Made by a program: the position numbers and the translations under genes. Below the pieces are notes generated by a model that had not been told where the DNA came from, did not search any database, and worked only from the letters and a program-made list of their open reading frames with translations. 64,000 nt of DNA. Origin: Macrostomum lignano. Taxonomy: Eukaryota. This document shows positions 1-12,215 of this stretch, piece after piece. The stretch's first letter is position 1. Each line of letters starts with the position of its first letter. The stretch spans positions 62,001 to 126,000 of the forward strand of contig NIVC01001491.1 of the NCBI GenBank assembly GCA_002269645.1, in the 5' to 3' direction.

Positions 1-895
1 CACGGCTCTTAATCCTCACTGCTCTTAATCCTCACGGCTCTTAATCCTCACGGCTCTTAATCCCTAATCCTCCTTAATCCCCACGGCTCTTAATCCTCAT
101 ATTTTCTTAATCCTCATGGTTCTTAATCCTCACTGCTCTTAATCCTCACGGCTCTTAATCCCTAATCCTCCTTAATCCTCACGGCTCCTAATCCCTAATC
201 CTCCTGAATCCTCACGGCTTCTAATCCCTAATCCTCCTTAATCCTCACGGCTCCTAATCCTCACGGCTCTTAATCCTCTCGGCTCTTAATCCTCACGGCT
301 CTTAATCCCCAATCCTCCTTAATCCTCACGGCTCCTAATCCCTAATCCTCCTGAATCCTCACGGCTCCTAATCCTCACGGCTCCTAATCCTCTCGGCTCT
401 TAATCCTTACGGCTCTTAATCCTCACGGCTCTTAATCCCTAATCCTCCTTAATCCTCACGGCTCTTAATCCCTACCCTAACCTCCTTAATCCTCACGGCT
501 CTTAATCCTCTCGGCTCTTAATCCTCACGGCTCTTAATCCCTAATCCTCCTTAATCCTCACGGCTCCTAATCCCTAATCCTCCTGAATCCTCACGGCTCC
601 TAATCCTCACGGCTCCTAATCCTCTCGGCTCTTAATCCTTACGGCTCTTAATCCTCACGGCTCTTAATCCCTAATCCTCCTTAATCCTCACGGCTCTTAA
701 TCCCTAACCTCCTTAATCCTCACGGCTCTTAATCCCTAATCCTCCTTAATCCTCACGGCTCCTAATACCTAATCCTCCTGAATCCTCACGGCTCTTAATC
801 CCTAATCCTCCTTAATCCTCACGGCTCCTAATCCCTAATCCTCCTGAATCCTCACGGCTCCTAATCCTCAGGGCTCTTAATACTTTCCCTAATCC
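1..895. repeat. Intronic minisatellite of ~16-17-nt units (CACGGCTCTTAATCCT and AATCCCTAATCCTCCTT variants)
   Basis: Direct tandem repetition visible throughout; ends about 20 nt before the CCCAG acceptor at 914. Confidence 0.95.
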
Positions 896-914
896 TCACC
901 ACCCATAATCCCAG

Positions 915-2470
915 ATCGAGTTCGGTTGCTGCGAAGCAGCAGAGTTCGCCCGGCAGTTGCTCAGGGGCAGCATAGTGCAGCTGGAGCTGCTGTTCGCACA
1001 GCCGGCCGCTCGGCTGTTCGTGTCGCCCGCCTTCGACTGGCTGCTGCAGCGGCGGATGCGTCTGGCCACGGAGAACTTCATCAGGCAGCTGCTGGGACTG
1101 GCGAGTCAGCTGGTCAGGACGCTGAGCAAAGCGGAGGTGCTTGGCAAGAGTTTAAACTTGGTGAATTAGAGTTTGCAGCTTAGTGAATTAGAGTTTACAG
1201 CTTAGTGAATTAGAGTTTACAGCTTAGTGAATTAGAGTTTACAGCTTAGGGAACTAGAGTTTGGAGCTTAGTGAATTAGAGTTTACAGCTTAGGGAACTA
1301 GAGTTTGGAGCTTAGAGAATTAGAGTTTGGAGCTTAGTGAATTAGAGTTTACAGCTTAGGGAATTAGAATTTGGAGCTTAGTGAATTAGAGTTTAGAGCT
1401 TAGTGAATTAGAATTTGGAGCTTAGTGAATTAGAGTTTAGAGCTTAGGGAATTAGAATTTGGAGCTTAGTGAATTAAGAGTTTTTAGCTTAGGGAATTAG
1501 AGTTTAGAGCTAAGTGCATTAGAGTTTACAGTTTAGTGAATTAGAATTTAGCTTGTACTGTTGACGTTGCAATCTCCACCCATCGCAGGTCAACCCAGAC
1601 CAGTTCCCACCAGCTGAGGCCCGCAAGGTGGGCAAGGCTGCCTACCAGCTTGAGCACAAACTCAACCTTCTGACTGACCTGGCCGCGGGCATCGAACCCC
1701 GAGTCACCCTGGAGGGTGCCGAGCGCGAGCGAGTGCTGGCTCTGAGATCAGCTGACTGGGCCGACCCTGCCAGCAGGCGGGCACTGGCTCGGGCCTCACT
1801 CGACAGGTAAGACGTTTTAAAGCTCTTTATGTGAGGCTGTTTGACCTTCTAATGTATCCTAGTGCACTGGGACCTTGAAATGTCACCTGATTGAAATTGC
1901 AACCTTCAGGTGTTAACAGATTTAAAAAGGACCTTCAAATACTTTAAATTATCGCCTCTTGGAGACAATGGTCCTTCAAATATCACCTGGTAGAGAATAT
2001 AAGCTTAGTGTCTCTTGGTTAAAATTTAGACATTCAAATGTTACGTGGTTAAAGCTTTGACCTTCAAATGTCACTTCGTTAAAGTTTTGACCTTCAAATG
2101 TCACTTCGTTAAAGTTTTGACCTTCAAATGTCACTTGGTGGAGAATATGACCTATGCTTAGGACCATATCACACGTACCTGATGTCATCTGATTAAAGCA
2201 GTGACCTTCAAATCTCACCTGGTTAAAACTAGCACCAGGTAGTCATCAGGTAGTGACTTTAACCTTCATATGTCACCCAGTAGAATCTCTCCTGTGACTT
2301 TTAAACTAGTTTTTCAACCTTCAAAAACGTTCTATCCCAGGCACAGAGCAGTTAAACAAACTCTGGCATCGCGAAGCAGCCGGCTGGCTGAGAACTGCCC
2401 GACAGATTTTCTCACCGACTGGCTGCAAGTTGTGCACTTTGGGAGCCACATCTCCGAGGCTGAGTCTTGA
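915..2470 (+). CDS. 3' part (189 aa in window) of an RlaP/PF10127-like Pol-beta-superfamily nucleotidyltransferase; exons 915-1136, 1589-1806, 2341-2470; 5' exons lie upstream of the window
   Basis: AG/GT boundaries with matching phases (0, 2); an alternative in-frame donor exists at 1161. Product IEFGCCEAAEFARQLLRGSIVQLELLF...SPAFDWLLQRR...LLGLASQL / KAAYQLEHKLNLLTDLAAGIEPRVTLEGAERERVLALR / SSRLAENCPTDFLTDWLQ follows the remembered PF10127 motif order (F-x-x-x-L-L-x-G...LE-x-L; Y/L-x-G-x-A; K-x-x-Y/H...; S-x-L-P...L-x-x-W-L). Family call is from memory, not a search. Confidence 0.7.
1165..1545. repeat. Intronic 22-nt minisatellite TTAGTGAATTAGAGTTTACAGC
   Basis: Tandem copies fill intron 1137-1588. 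Confidence 0.92.
1868..2325. repeat. Degenerate ~30-nt intronic repeat with core GACCTTCAAATGTCAC
   Basis: Core recurs across intron 1807-2340, with near-exact 30-nt copies around 2060-2130. Confidence 0.75.
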
Positions 2471-2526
2471 TACTCAGTGTAACGTCTGTTAGTCGTACAA
2501 TCATAGTTCCGCTTATATTTATGGCT

Positions 2527-2532
2527 AATAAA
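2527..2532 (+). promoter_or_regulatory. Probable polyadenylation signal of the RlaP-like gene
   Basis: AATAAA 57 nt after the TGA stop at 2470. Confidence 0.55.
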
Positions 2533-2714
2533 CACTTATTCAATTGTGATAAATATGAATAAAATTATGTTTATGATTGTATTTATACGCTCGCATTTTA
2601 TAATTTATAATAAAAAGATTTGCTTTCATGATCAATTCTGCTGTGATAAATTTTTTAGATTTCACCAACCCAAATCCCCATTATACTCGTACCTTCGATC
2701 CCTAAGACCCTCAA

Positions 2715-3290
2715 TCCCACCACCCCTAATCCCCACCTCCCCTGATCCCCACCACCCCTAATCCACACCACCCCTAATCCACACCACCCCTAATCCACAC
2801 CACCCCTAATCCACACCACCCCTAATCCCCACCACCCCTAATCCCCACCCCTGATCCCCGCCACCCCTAATCCCCACCACCCCTAATCCACACCACCCCT
2901 GATCCCCACCACCCCTAATCCCCACCACCCCTAATCCCCACCACCCCTAATCCACACCACCCCTGATCCCACCACCCCTAATCCCCACCACCCCTAATCC
3001 CCACCACCCCTAATCCACACCACCCCTAATCCACACCACCCCTAATCCACACCACCCTAATCCACACCACCCCTAATCCCACCACCCCTAATCCCCACCA
3101 CCCCTGATCCCCACCACCCCTAATCCCCACCACCCCTAATCCCCACCACCCCTAATCCCTACCACCCTAATCCCCACCACCCCTAATCCCAACCACCCTA
3201 ATTCCCACCACCCCTAATCCCCACCACCCCTAATCCCAACCACCCTAATCCCCACCACCCCAATCCCACCACCCTTAATCCCCACAACCG
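2715..3290. repeat. C-rich 16-nt minisatellite CCCCTAATCC(C/A)CACCA
   Basis: Tandem units, most containing CCCTAA (some CCCTGA); G-rich, G4-capable on the - strand. Confidence 0.95.
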
Positions 3291-4596
3291 CTAATCAGCA
3301 CCATTTTAAATCGTCATTACGGTATAATGGTAATCAAATTTTAAAAGTAATAAATATTAAAAGCAATGCTAATGTATTTACACTATTCAACTATTCCCAA
3401 TGAGAATATAAAATTCAATTTTAACAAAATGAGCTAAAATCGAACAATCATTTCGAGCTGCAATGTTTTAATTATGTACGATTTAGTTCAAAGTTTTATT
3501 TTACTTAAACATTTGAGCAAAGCAAACAAGCGAAAGAGAAAAAATAAGCATTTAAGGTTAAGATAGGGTGATTTTTGTGATAGTGAAGAGCTGCTAAACT
3601 TTTCTACTTTAAGTAGCATATTGAAGATATTAAGAAGTTTAAACAAGCTGCATATATGAAATAACTAGTTGTACATGCAGTTGTTTAGTTGGTAGCCTTT
3701 TTTACTTAAAATTTGGCGTAAATCTGTTTACCTGCTTATAAATTAGTTTTGTGTCCGCTTAATTAGCATGACAAATAAATATTATAAGGCGCTAGAGATG
3801 CCAGTACTGCGTTAGTAGCAATGGAAACAAAGGTGATTAGCATTGACAGAATACCTAAAGTAACAATTTTCTCCGTCCTCGAAAGAAAATTTACATTGAA
3901 AATAAAAAGATATCTATAGTTCTACTTTTCGAGGACAGCACGGCAGTTTGAAATCGCGCGAAAAATCGGTTAAGAGAAAATCGATTTATTAAAACAAAAA
4001 GAGGTTACTTACTGAGGTAACCTTTTCGAAATTACGAAGTAGAAATTCACAGACTGACTTCCGTCTTTAATTCGCGTTTCTCTGGCGCCAAAAGAAGCAA
4101 AAAATATAAAAATTTCGAAATCGAAATCGAAAAAAAGAGAAACACGGAAAGTTGAAAAAGACTTTCTATCGCTTCTGTTCAATTTGCGTTACTGTAAGTA
4201 GAGTGGGCTGACCATGCGAGCGCGTATTTTGCAAAGCGGTAAAAGCTGCTAAATATACATTAGAAAGCAGTAAATATATCTGATACATATTCGTATGTAT
4301 TGGATGCATTGCTTTGTTTGAGTGACTGAGTCTCCCTATTTCAGCTCACTTGGACATTCCTGTGGTTGAAATTAAACAGTGTCCGGAAACTTTTGCAACA
4401 CCCCTCGCATTAGCGCAATGCGGAAAAAAGCAATTAAATATGGAATGACGATTTTATTGGATCCTCAAGTACCTTTGCTAGACCGTTTCTAGGTGAGCTA
4501 TAGCTGTGTTTCAAAATTGAAAATGTTTTGCAAACTAACAATGCGTGACTAGCCATCATTTCTTGGAATGCGAGACGCAACATACACTTTAAAAGG

Positions 4597-7500
4597 CTAC
4601 AAATCTGTGGTCAGATCTCTTCCACGAGAAGCCGCTTGAGTAGTGTGAGTATCGGTTGGCTTCTTGTCCAGCATCCAGCCTCCATTGTCGATGGTTGCCG
4701 GGCCAACCAGGCATTGAAATCGCAGGCCGGTGTTGCCGTCCACCGGCTGAATCGTCTCTGCCGGGAACTCCATGCCGCTATTGGCGAATTCCTGGGCGGA
4801 GGCGAACAGTTTCGGATGATGATGCCGAAGGCTGACACCGCGACGCGTCAGGTCGCGTTGCAACGCTGTCAGATTATTTCGTCGTCTAGCCCGACGCTTC
4901 TCCTGCTCCAGCTCGTTGCTCGACGTTGTCGCCGCGTCGTCGACGCACCGGACGACAGTCCAGCAGCGAAGCAGCGGGCCGCCATCGTCACCAGTGTTGC
5001 GCGTCTGCGGGTAGCTGCTCGCCAGCGGGAGGGCGGCGCAGAGAACGAAAGTCGAACCTTGCATCGACGAGCTGCGGTCGGCTTCGGCAACGGTAGCTAC
5101 GGATGCGTCAGGGTCCGCCGCTGCAGCCGGGTCGCTCCACGGCAGGAAGGTTGGCGGACGCAGCAGGGTCGGGATGTTGCTGTTGCTGCTGCTATTGTTG
5201 GACATGAAGACTCCGGATAGGACTAACTGGACGCAGCCGCCGCTGTCTGCAGAGACGTTCGAAGCTCCTCGCTTAGCCAGTCGAGCCAGTGGCGGCCCGG
5301 CTCGACACGCTGCTCGTCTCAGAGCCGACCGGCAGGCGGCCAGTTGGCGGTCGAAAGCGCAGACGCGACTGTGCGCTGCCCAGTGCGCTCGACGGCAAGG
5401 GTCTGAGCAGTAGCCAACTGTGGCGCAGTTGGGGCAACCGCAGGGACAGCCGCCGTCGCCGCCACTGACGCGACTGCATCGCGGGTTGCAGCAGCGCCCA
5501 ATAGCCGACGGAGCTGCTGGCAAAGCTAGCGAATCTGTTGGCTGAGTCTCCGACTTCCGCGCCGACTTCTTGGCGATGCAGAACAGGGCAGCTGCTTCGT
5601 CCGCCGTTCGAGACTCGTCGTTGGAAAGTTGCGCGTTTCTACGATCGATCGACTGCAGCAGCGTTCGAGTCTCGGACATCCGGGTCAGACCGGCTTCGTA
5701 GCTCGGCGCCTCGGCGGGACCTTCAGCTAGGAATTTAACGGCTGCTTGTTCTTCTGACTGATGATTTTTCTGGTCTACGGCGTCTTTCAATCCGGTGGCG
5801 TGGACTGCGAGCGAAGCTGACCTCGTTGGTGGTGGCGGAGGCGGCGGCTTGCTGGGCGTCGATAAGGTTACTTGATTCGGCTGCGGCTTCGATGAAAAGT
5901 CACTTGGTCGCAGAGTCAAGTTCAGCAGCGGAGGCGGTGGCGGCTGCGGCCGTAGTTGATCTGTTTTACTGACGTTTCCGTCAGGTGTTCGGCTGTCTAA
6001 GCTGCTCTGTTTGATGTAGCGCCTCAGCTGCGAGCCGCTCTCAGTCGACTGGTGTTTCTTGGGTTGCACCAGCTGTTGCGGCTCGGCTTGTAGACGGTTT
6101 GTCATCCCGGCTGGCAGGCTGACAAACTTTGGCATGATGAGCACCGCCCTTGACACCTGATTGGTTGCGGCCGAATCGGACATCGTTGGGGTTGCTGACG
6201 TCACAGACGAAGCCGCTGATGCTGTTGCCACCGCTGCGGCCGCTTCTGACTGAACTTTTCGTCGCCATGGATGTTGCTGTCTCTCGCCAGGTTGCTTCTG
6301 GCTGTCCCAGCATGCCGCTACCGACTGCGGCCGTCCACTGTCGCCGTCATCGCCCAATGGCAAACTGTCAATCCAGTCGGGTAGGTCAAGGCGCGACAAG
6401 GATCTGTGTGCATGACAACGGGAGAGTTTGAAATAATCATGCCTAATCCCGATCCCTGATCCCGATCCCTGATCCCGATCCCTGATCCCGATCCCTGATC
6501 CCGATCCCTGATCCCGATCCCTGATCCCGATCCCTGATCCCGATCCCTGATCCCGATCCCTGATCCCGATCCCTGATCCCGATCCCTGATCCCGATCCCT
6601 GATCCCGATCCCTGATCCCGATCCCTGATCCCGATCCCTGATCCCGATCCCTGATCCCGATCCCTGATCCCGATCCCTGATCCCGATCCCTGATCCCGAT
6701 CCCTGATCCCGATCCCTGATCCCGATCCCTGATCCCGATCCCTGATCCCGATCCCTGATCCCGATCCCTGATCCCGATCCCTGATCCCGATCCCTGATCC
6801 CGATCCCTGATCCCGATCCCTGATCCCGATCCCTGATCCCGATCCCTGATCCCGATCCCTGATCCCGATCCCTGATCCCGATCCCTGATCCCGATCCCTG
6901 ATCCCGATCCCTGATCCCGATCCCTGATCCCGATCCCTGATCCCGATCCCTGATCCCGATCCCTGATCCCGATCCCTGATCCCGATCCCTGATCCCGATC
7001 CCTGATCCCGATCCCTGATCCCGATGACTCACCTACAGATGACCTTCTCGCTCTCAGATTTCGCCTTGGCCTCCAGCCTCTCGATGAAAGTTGGATGGCA
7101 CCTGGTCTGAAGTGCTCGCTTCGACTGCCCCGCTGGCTGCTGCCTCTGCCGGTACCTGCCGCCTCCTTTTCTGCTGCCTCTGTCGGCAAGCAGGTCTTCG
7201 CTGGCCGCCCGACCGACTTCTTCCTGGCTTTCGCCGAGGCCTCCAAGATCGGCCAGGCTGGTGGCGCCTCTACGATTAACCGCACCGATTTCGTCTAAGT
7301 TTGTCTCCGCGAAGGCTTCAACAGCGGCAGCCTCCATCAGGCAACGGTGCAGTTCGTACAGCGACACGGACTTGCCGTCCTCGCCGGGATCTGTCAGCGG
7401 CGAGTCAGTCGGCGATTCGTCGACATCTCTAGCGGCATCCAGATCAGTTGATTTGATTCGGCGGCGCCAAAACTCTCGCCGCTGCGCTACCAGTGTCGGC

Positions 7501-9710
7501 GGTGGCACCGGCGGCGGCGCCGAGCTCTGGCCGGCGAAGATTCGCAAAGCGTCTTCGTCGCTCATCAAGTGTCGCAGCTCGTAGCCGCGGTGACTGTCGG
7601 AGCTCAGAGGCTGCTGATGTACAATGGTCGCTTGAATCGGTGTTAGCAGCGGCTTATCGTCGTCTGGTGATGAGTCGCTGCTGTCCGGAATGAAGGCCGC
7701 CTCCACGGTCAGCGCTGCAATTGGCGGCGCCGCGTCAGTTGTCGCCGCGGCGCTCTCCCTAGCGCTCAACTCCTCCAGCTGACGCTTCAGGCTCAGCAGG
7801 CGCTGCTGATGCAGCATCGACTCTGAAGACAAGGCGTCTGGGCGACTGCTTCTGCACGCCAGAGACGGCAGCGGCGAGGACGGCGGGGGTGGCGGTGGCA
7901 GCAGCGGCTTCAGGGTCGACGGCGGAAACGTCGTTGAAGGCTGCATTATTGACTCGAGGCCGCCGCCGTCGACACCGACGCCGAAGTAGCCCTGAGCTGG
8001 AGTCCTGACTGCTGACGGGCTCACTGTGCACGACGTGGAAACCAGAATGTGCAGCAGCTGCGGTTGCGACGCTACTGTCGCAGTTTCGCTGTTCCGACCA
8101 TCGAATCCGTTGACTTTGCCGCCGCCAACTGTGCGGACGATGCCTACGGCGCTGTTGGCGGCGAGCCCAGCCGCTCTAGCCGTCGCCCTGGCAACGGCGG
8201 CTCCGGCGCTGGCTGCGCTGGCCTCCGACGTGACGACGCCAGGCTGTTCCTCGGTGCAGCTGTTGATACAGGTGCCGTTGTAGTCGGTGACTCTCGCGCT
8301 GGAGGACGCGATGGCTCTGACTGCGCCGGCGAGCTCTGCGGAGGAATCGGCCAGTAATTAATAAACGCATTTTTAAAGGGGCTGGTGCAGTCGAGGTTTT
8401 CATATCGGGCACTATGGATGCCATAAACTTTTGCCGCTCTTAGCTCGTACCTGTCTACGCGCACCTCCTCATTTCAATCGAGCGTTATGTACTTTTTTCT
8501 GCGTCTCTGGATGAAGCGTTTTTTTCATCAATATTTACAAACTAACTCTTTGCAAAGGCAGAGAGCCTTAGCAAACTTGTCTCAATTAAGTCAGTTACTT
8601 TCTTTCTGCTCCAATTATCTCCTAAGTCGAAGGGATTAGGGAGACAGTCACGGGAGAGGATGGCCTACACGAGTGTCATTTGTTCTTAATTAATCGATTG
8701 GCTCGTACTATGGGTCCATTGAGTTCTTACTCAATTCTGTAGCCATAATGTACTTCCGTAGACAGCCATACCTTTAGGGGCTGATGTCTGGATATCCCAA
8801 CCAAATTAAGATTGCTTATTTCATTTCGTTATTGATCATCAAAAAGCGAAGCAAGTTCAAACCTACAGAGACGAAAGACAAAGCGTGTGTACAAGTGCGT
8901 GCCTGCTTATTTTAGCTCGTACTTATCATTAGCGCTAAAACTACGGCAGTTTGATTTACCTTCTGGCCGCCTTTTAGTGTACTGCATGATCGCATTTGAC
9001 TCCTCTGCATTGTTGCTGTCTTCTTCTGGATCGATCACGTCTGACTCTGCCGACTTGCCAGAAGCTGCTGTCAGCAAGCGCAAGCCTGTCTGACACAGAC
9101 TCGGATCCGAGCAGCTGCGGGTCGGGTGCTTCGTCAGCGATGTGCAGCACTCAGTCGGGCTGGAAGCCTCTGCCGCAGCTGCCACCGCCGCCGCCGCCGC
9201 AGCCGCCACAGCGGCCTCCTCAGCGATGGCTCCAAGGCGTCGACAGCCGCTACTTGCGCGGCTTTGTCTGCCATTTCGCAGCAGAATCTGCTGCTGCCGG
9301 TGCTGCTGCTGCAGTCGGCGTCGGGCTTCGCGTCGGACGTCGCGTCGGGCCGTCACAGCCGAGGATGCAGCCGCCGCGGCCGTCTGCGGATGTAAGTCCA
9401 AGAGGTCCAGGTCGTCCTGTGAGAGCACTGGCAGTCGCTGCTTGAAATCGACAGTAAAAGCGTTCACAACCGCGGCTGTCGCAGCTTTTGCCGCTGCAGC
9501 CGCCGGCGCGTCAGCTGGCCACTCCGCGTCGCTGGACTCGCTAGACTCCGATGAAGTCGAGTACTCGATGGCCTCGGCGTCGGGCTCGTGCAGCCAGGGC
9601 CGTCGCAGCCGTTGCCGATGGGCTCTTGGTTGATGTTGCTGCTGCTGCTGCTGCTGAGGCTGTTGCTCCTGCTTCGGGGATACAGCAGATTTAGAGGTCC
9701 CGCTGTAGTT
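4597..9710 (-). CDS. AJM1: AJM1 (C9orf172)-like apical junction protein with MYND-like zinc finger; exons ~9710(or 9668)-8960, 8335-7033, 6403-4597
   Basis: C-terminus has CCNPRC...CPNCATVGYCSDPCRRAHWAAHSRVC and QRDLTRRGVSLRHHHPKLFASAQEFANSGMEFPAETIQPVDGNTGLRFQCLV, matching the remembered AJM1 C-terminal domain (QRELRLRGVFLRHEFP...IYPTDRRTGRPFMC). Donors AAG/GTAAAT (8959) and TAG/GTGAGT (7032); acceptors CCGCAG (8336) and CACACAG (6404); phases 1 and 2 match. The 5' boundary is uncertain. Confidence 0.82.
6446..7025. repeat. Homogeneous 13-nt minisatellite GATCCCGATCCCT (~45 copies) filling AJM1 intron 7032-6404
   Basis: Essentially invariant tandem copies; source of the spurious GSGSGIGIRDRDQ ORF translations. 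Confidence 0.97.
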
Positions 9711-10250
9711 CTACGCTCACAGCAACTCTTAATGATCTGGACGACCCAGCCAATCGGCGTATAAGCTCCGCATCTCCCATTCAGATTGCTCCGCCCAGCC
9801 GTTCCTACTGCCCGCGGAATTCCCACTAGCTTTCGCTTCCATTTCCTCTCCGCATCTCTTAGTATCGCTTGCACTTTTCTCGAGAGAAAAAAAACTTGCT
9901 GATGTTGGGTACCCCGCAGTGCTGCCCCCGAATCCGCGAAAGAGCGGCGATGATGATGAAGAGGGAAACTGGGCGGATGGAGATCGACGAATTACTTTTG
10001 CTGCTGCGACCTGTGTGGCTACTGCATGACTGCTGTGTGTTCTTGTTTGAAAAAGAACTGCCCACTGATGTTCTGCATTAAACATGGCTCTGGGCTTCCA
10101 TCCATCCAACCTAATATACACCAACTGAACATTCTTAGCTGCAGAGTTTAGCTGGCGTCAAGACGGCTGTCCCGGATGCGAGTGCGTGTCGTTTGTGACT
10201 TACTCTTAATTAAAGTTGCAAGTACAAATAGAGATGCAAAATTAACTTAC

Positions 10251-10291
10251 CTGCATCGCTTCGGCTGATGGTAGAGCCTCTAGTAGAGGAT
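10251..10291 (-). CDS. 41-nt micro-exon, probably of the AJM1-like gene ((D)PLLEALPSAEAMQ)
   Basis: Pyrimidine-rich acceptor TTTCATCTCCATCGTTTGCAG and consensus donor CAG/GTAAGT; open from phase 1 to phase 0 (a second frame is also open). Confidence 0.55.
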
Positions 10292-11929
10292 CTGCAAACG
10301 ATGGAGATGAAACTTGACTTTGGTTTTGCTTGAATGTTTTTGGATCCAACTAATCAGGACAAGAACTGTGACTAAACTCAGACCAGCCTTAGTGACCATG
10401 GCTGGTCCTTTTTGAGGCAACGAGCTAGAAATTGCCGCTAACTTGGCATTCATTTGCTGCCGCTCTGTTTACAGTTTGCGAAAGCAAAAAAAGAGAATCG
10501 AATTGTTAAACAGGTGAAAAATATTGTCGTTCCAGTGTCGACTGCACTGCCTTTGAGAATGGAGAGAGGAAAGAGGTTCATTTCCGACTCGGGTAATTCA
10601 TTGCATTCCGCGCTCCACTGAAGCATGCCACCCCGTTTCCATATTCGAGTTGGCATGTTGTCGCTGCCCGAATGTAATGCTCGAGTGTAATTGAATTTTA
10701 ACATGTCATGAAAGAATTGCAAGAGCGATGGAGAACAACTTCTTCAAAAATGGTTGACTTGACTTAGGCGGCCCTCCCTCCCTTCCTCAAGCACTTCTCC
10801 ACTCCTCGCTCCATCTGTTCGGCTCCGCCCCAGCCTTCAATTTCCATGCTACATCCCCGCGGCATGCAGACTACCCTTCAATTCAATTCCAAATTTGCCG
10901 TCCCAAGCTGGTCGAAGAGAAAAAATCGAATAGGAAAAATGGCTTAGGCAGTTTCCGGACAGCTGATCGACCGCGGCCCATGGGGCAGTTCCAGGCCCAA
11001 GTAGGGCTTGGAAGAAAAGATCTGGAGGAGAGATGGCAATCCGATCCAAGCAATTGTCGCTGGTTGTCAAGCCCAGTCAGCCAGTGGCAAGCGGGGCGGC
11101 GCACCCACCCACCCACTCGGTCGTGTCCTCGCATCCCTCCCGTGGAGGCAGGCATCAAGCAAGTCAGTTTTTGTCTGTATAACTCTCTAATAAATATTCT
11201 AGTAGAAGTTAAAGCAAATAGAACGTTGGGTTCGGTTTTTGAAAAGTTTTTAACCCCAAACGGAGTCAATTTCCATGGAAAACATGACTATTGACTTTGA
11301 ACTAAACAAAATCAGTATTTGAATAAATGTATAAGCAGATAGAAAGAGGAAAAGTGCAAAAGCTTCATAATGGGATTTTTCAGCTCGCGTTGCAGAAATC
11401 TCACCTACTTTTAGTTATAATCCACTTCCTGTTGCTTCTACTTCACTAGAAATTTCCATTTATAGTCAAAGAGAGAGGAAGGGAGAATGGAGTTGAAGAA
11501 GATGATGAAGCATGAGCTAAATAAGCGAGGCGGAGCGGTGGAGACGGCGAAAGAAATGGAAACTTTGCTGCTGCTTTGCCAGCGGCAGTCACGCATGCTG
11601 TGTGCGAGAAGAGCCACTGTGGTCGCATATGGGCTGAATATTCTGATTATTTATGCTGATTATTCAAAAATAATAATGAATGCGAAAAACTTTCTTTAGC
11701 GAGGTCTCAAGACACTTGTGGTGCCTGCAGGGGCCACAACTATCAAAATGAGAGTAACATATCTTTTTCGCTCTATTCGTCTCTAGGGATATTTGAGAAG
11801 TCGCATAATCGGTCTCATCTGTACCACGTCTTTCACATCAGTGTTGTTCGAAGCGAAAGTGAACCAAGCTTGATAACCTGACAGAAGCTTTATTTTAGCC
11901 ACCTCTTGCACAGGGCATCCACCAATGCA

Positions 11930-12195
11930 AGATAGTGGCGCCCACCAAGAGACAGAAGCGACCACCAAGGGACAGGAGCGCCCACCAAGAGACAGGGACG
12001 CTCACCAAGAGACAGGGGCGCCCACCAAGAGACAGGGGCGCCCACCAAGAGACAGGGACGCCCACCAAAAGACTGGGGCGCCCACCGAGAGACAGGAGCG
12101 CCCACCAAGAGATAGGGGCGCCCATCAAGTGACAGGGGCGCCAATCAAGAGACAGTGGCGCACACCGAGAGATAGGGGCGCCCACCAAGAGACTG
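11930..12195. repeat. 20-nt minisatellite GAGACAGGGGCGCCCACCAA
   Basis: Tandem units; same family as 56960-57492 in the opposite orientation. Confidence 0.92.
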
Positions 12196-12215
12196 AAACC
12201 TATGTGTTTCAATCC

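Noticed and set aside
2715-3290. True interstitial telomere (TTAGGG)n
   Set aside because: CCCTAA occurs once per 16-nt unit, not as a pure hexamer array
4597-7285. 811-aa and 280-aa ORFs with GSGSGIGIRDRDQ repeats as real protein repeats
   Set aside because: The repeat part is a 13-nt array bounded by GT (7032) and AG (6404) sites that join flanking exons in phase; it is intronic
4611-9633. Numerous + strand and off-frame ORFs over the AJM1 exons
   Set aside because: Antisense or alternative-frame shadows of GC-rich coding sequence
10870-11294. Exon-like open frame on the + strand (DYPSIQFQ...AGIKQ) inside the AJM1-region intron
   Set aside because: No recognisable homology, weak donor, and no partner exons identified
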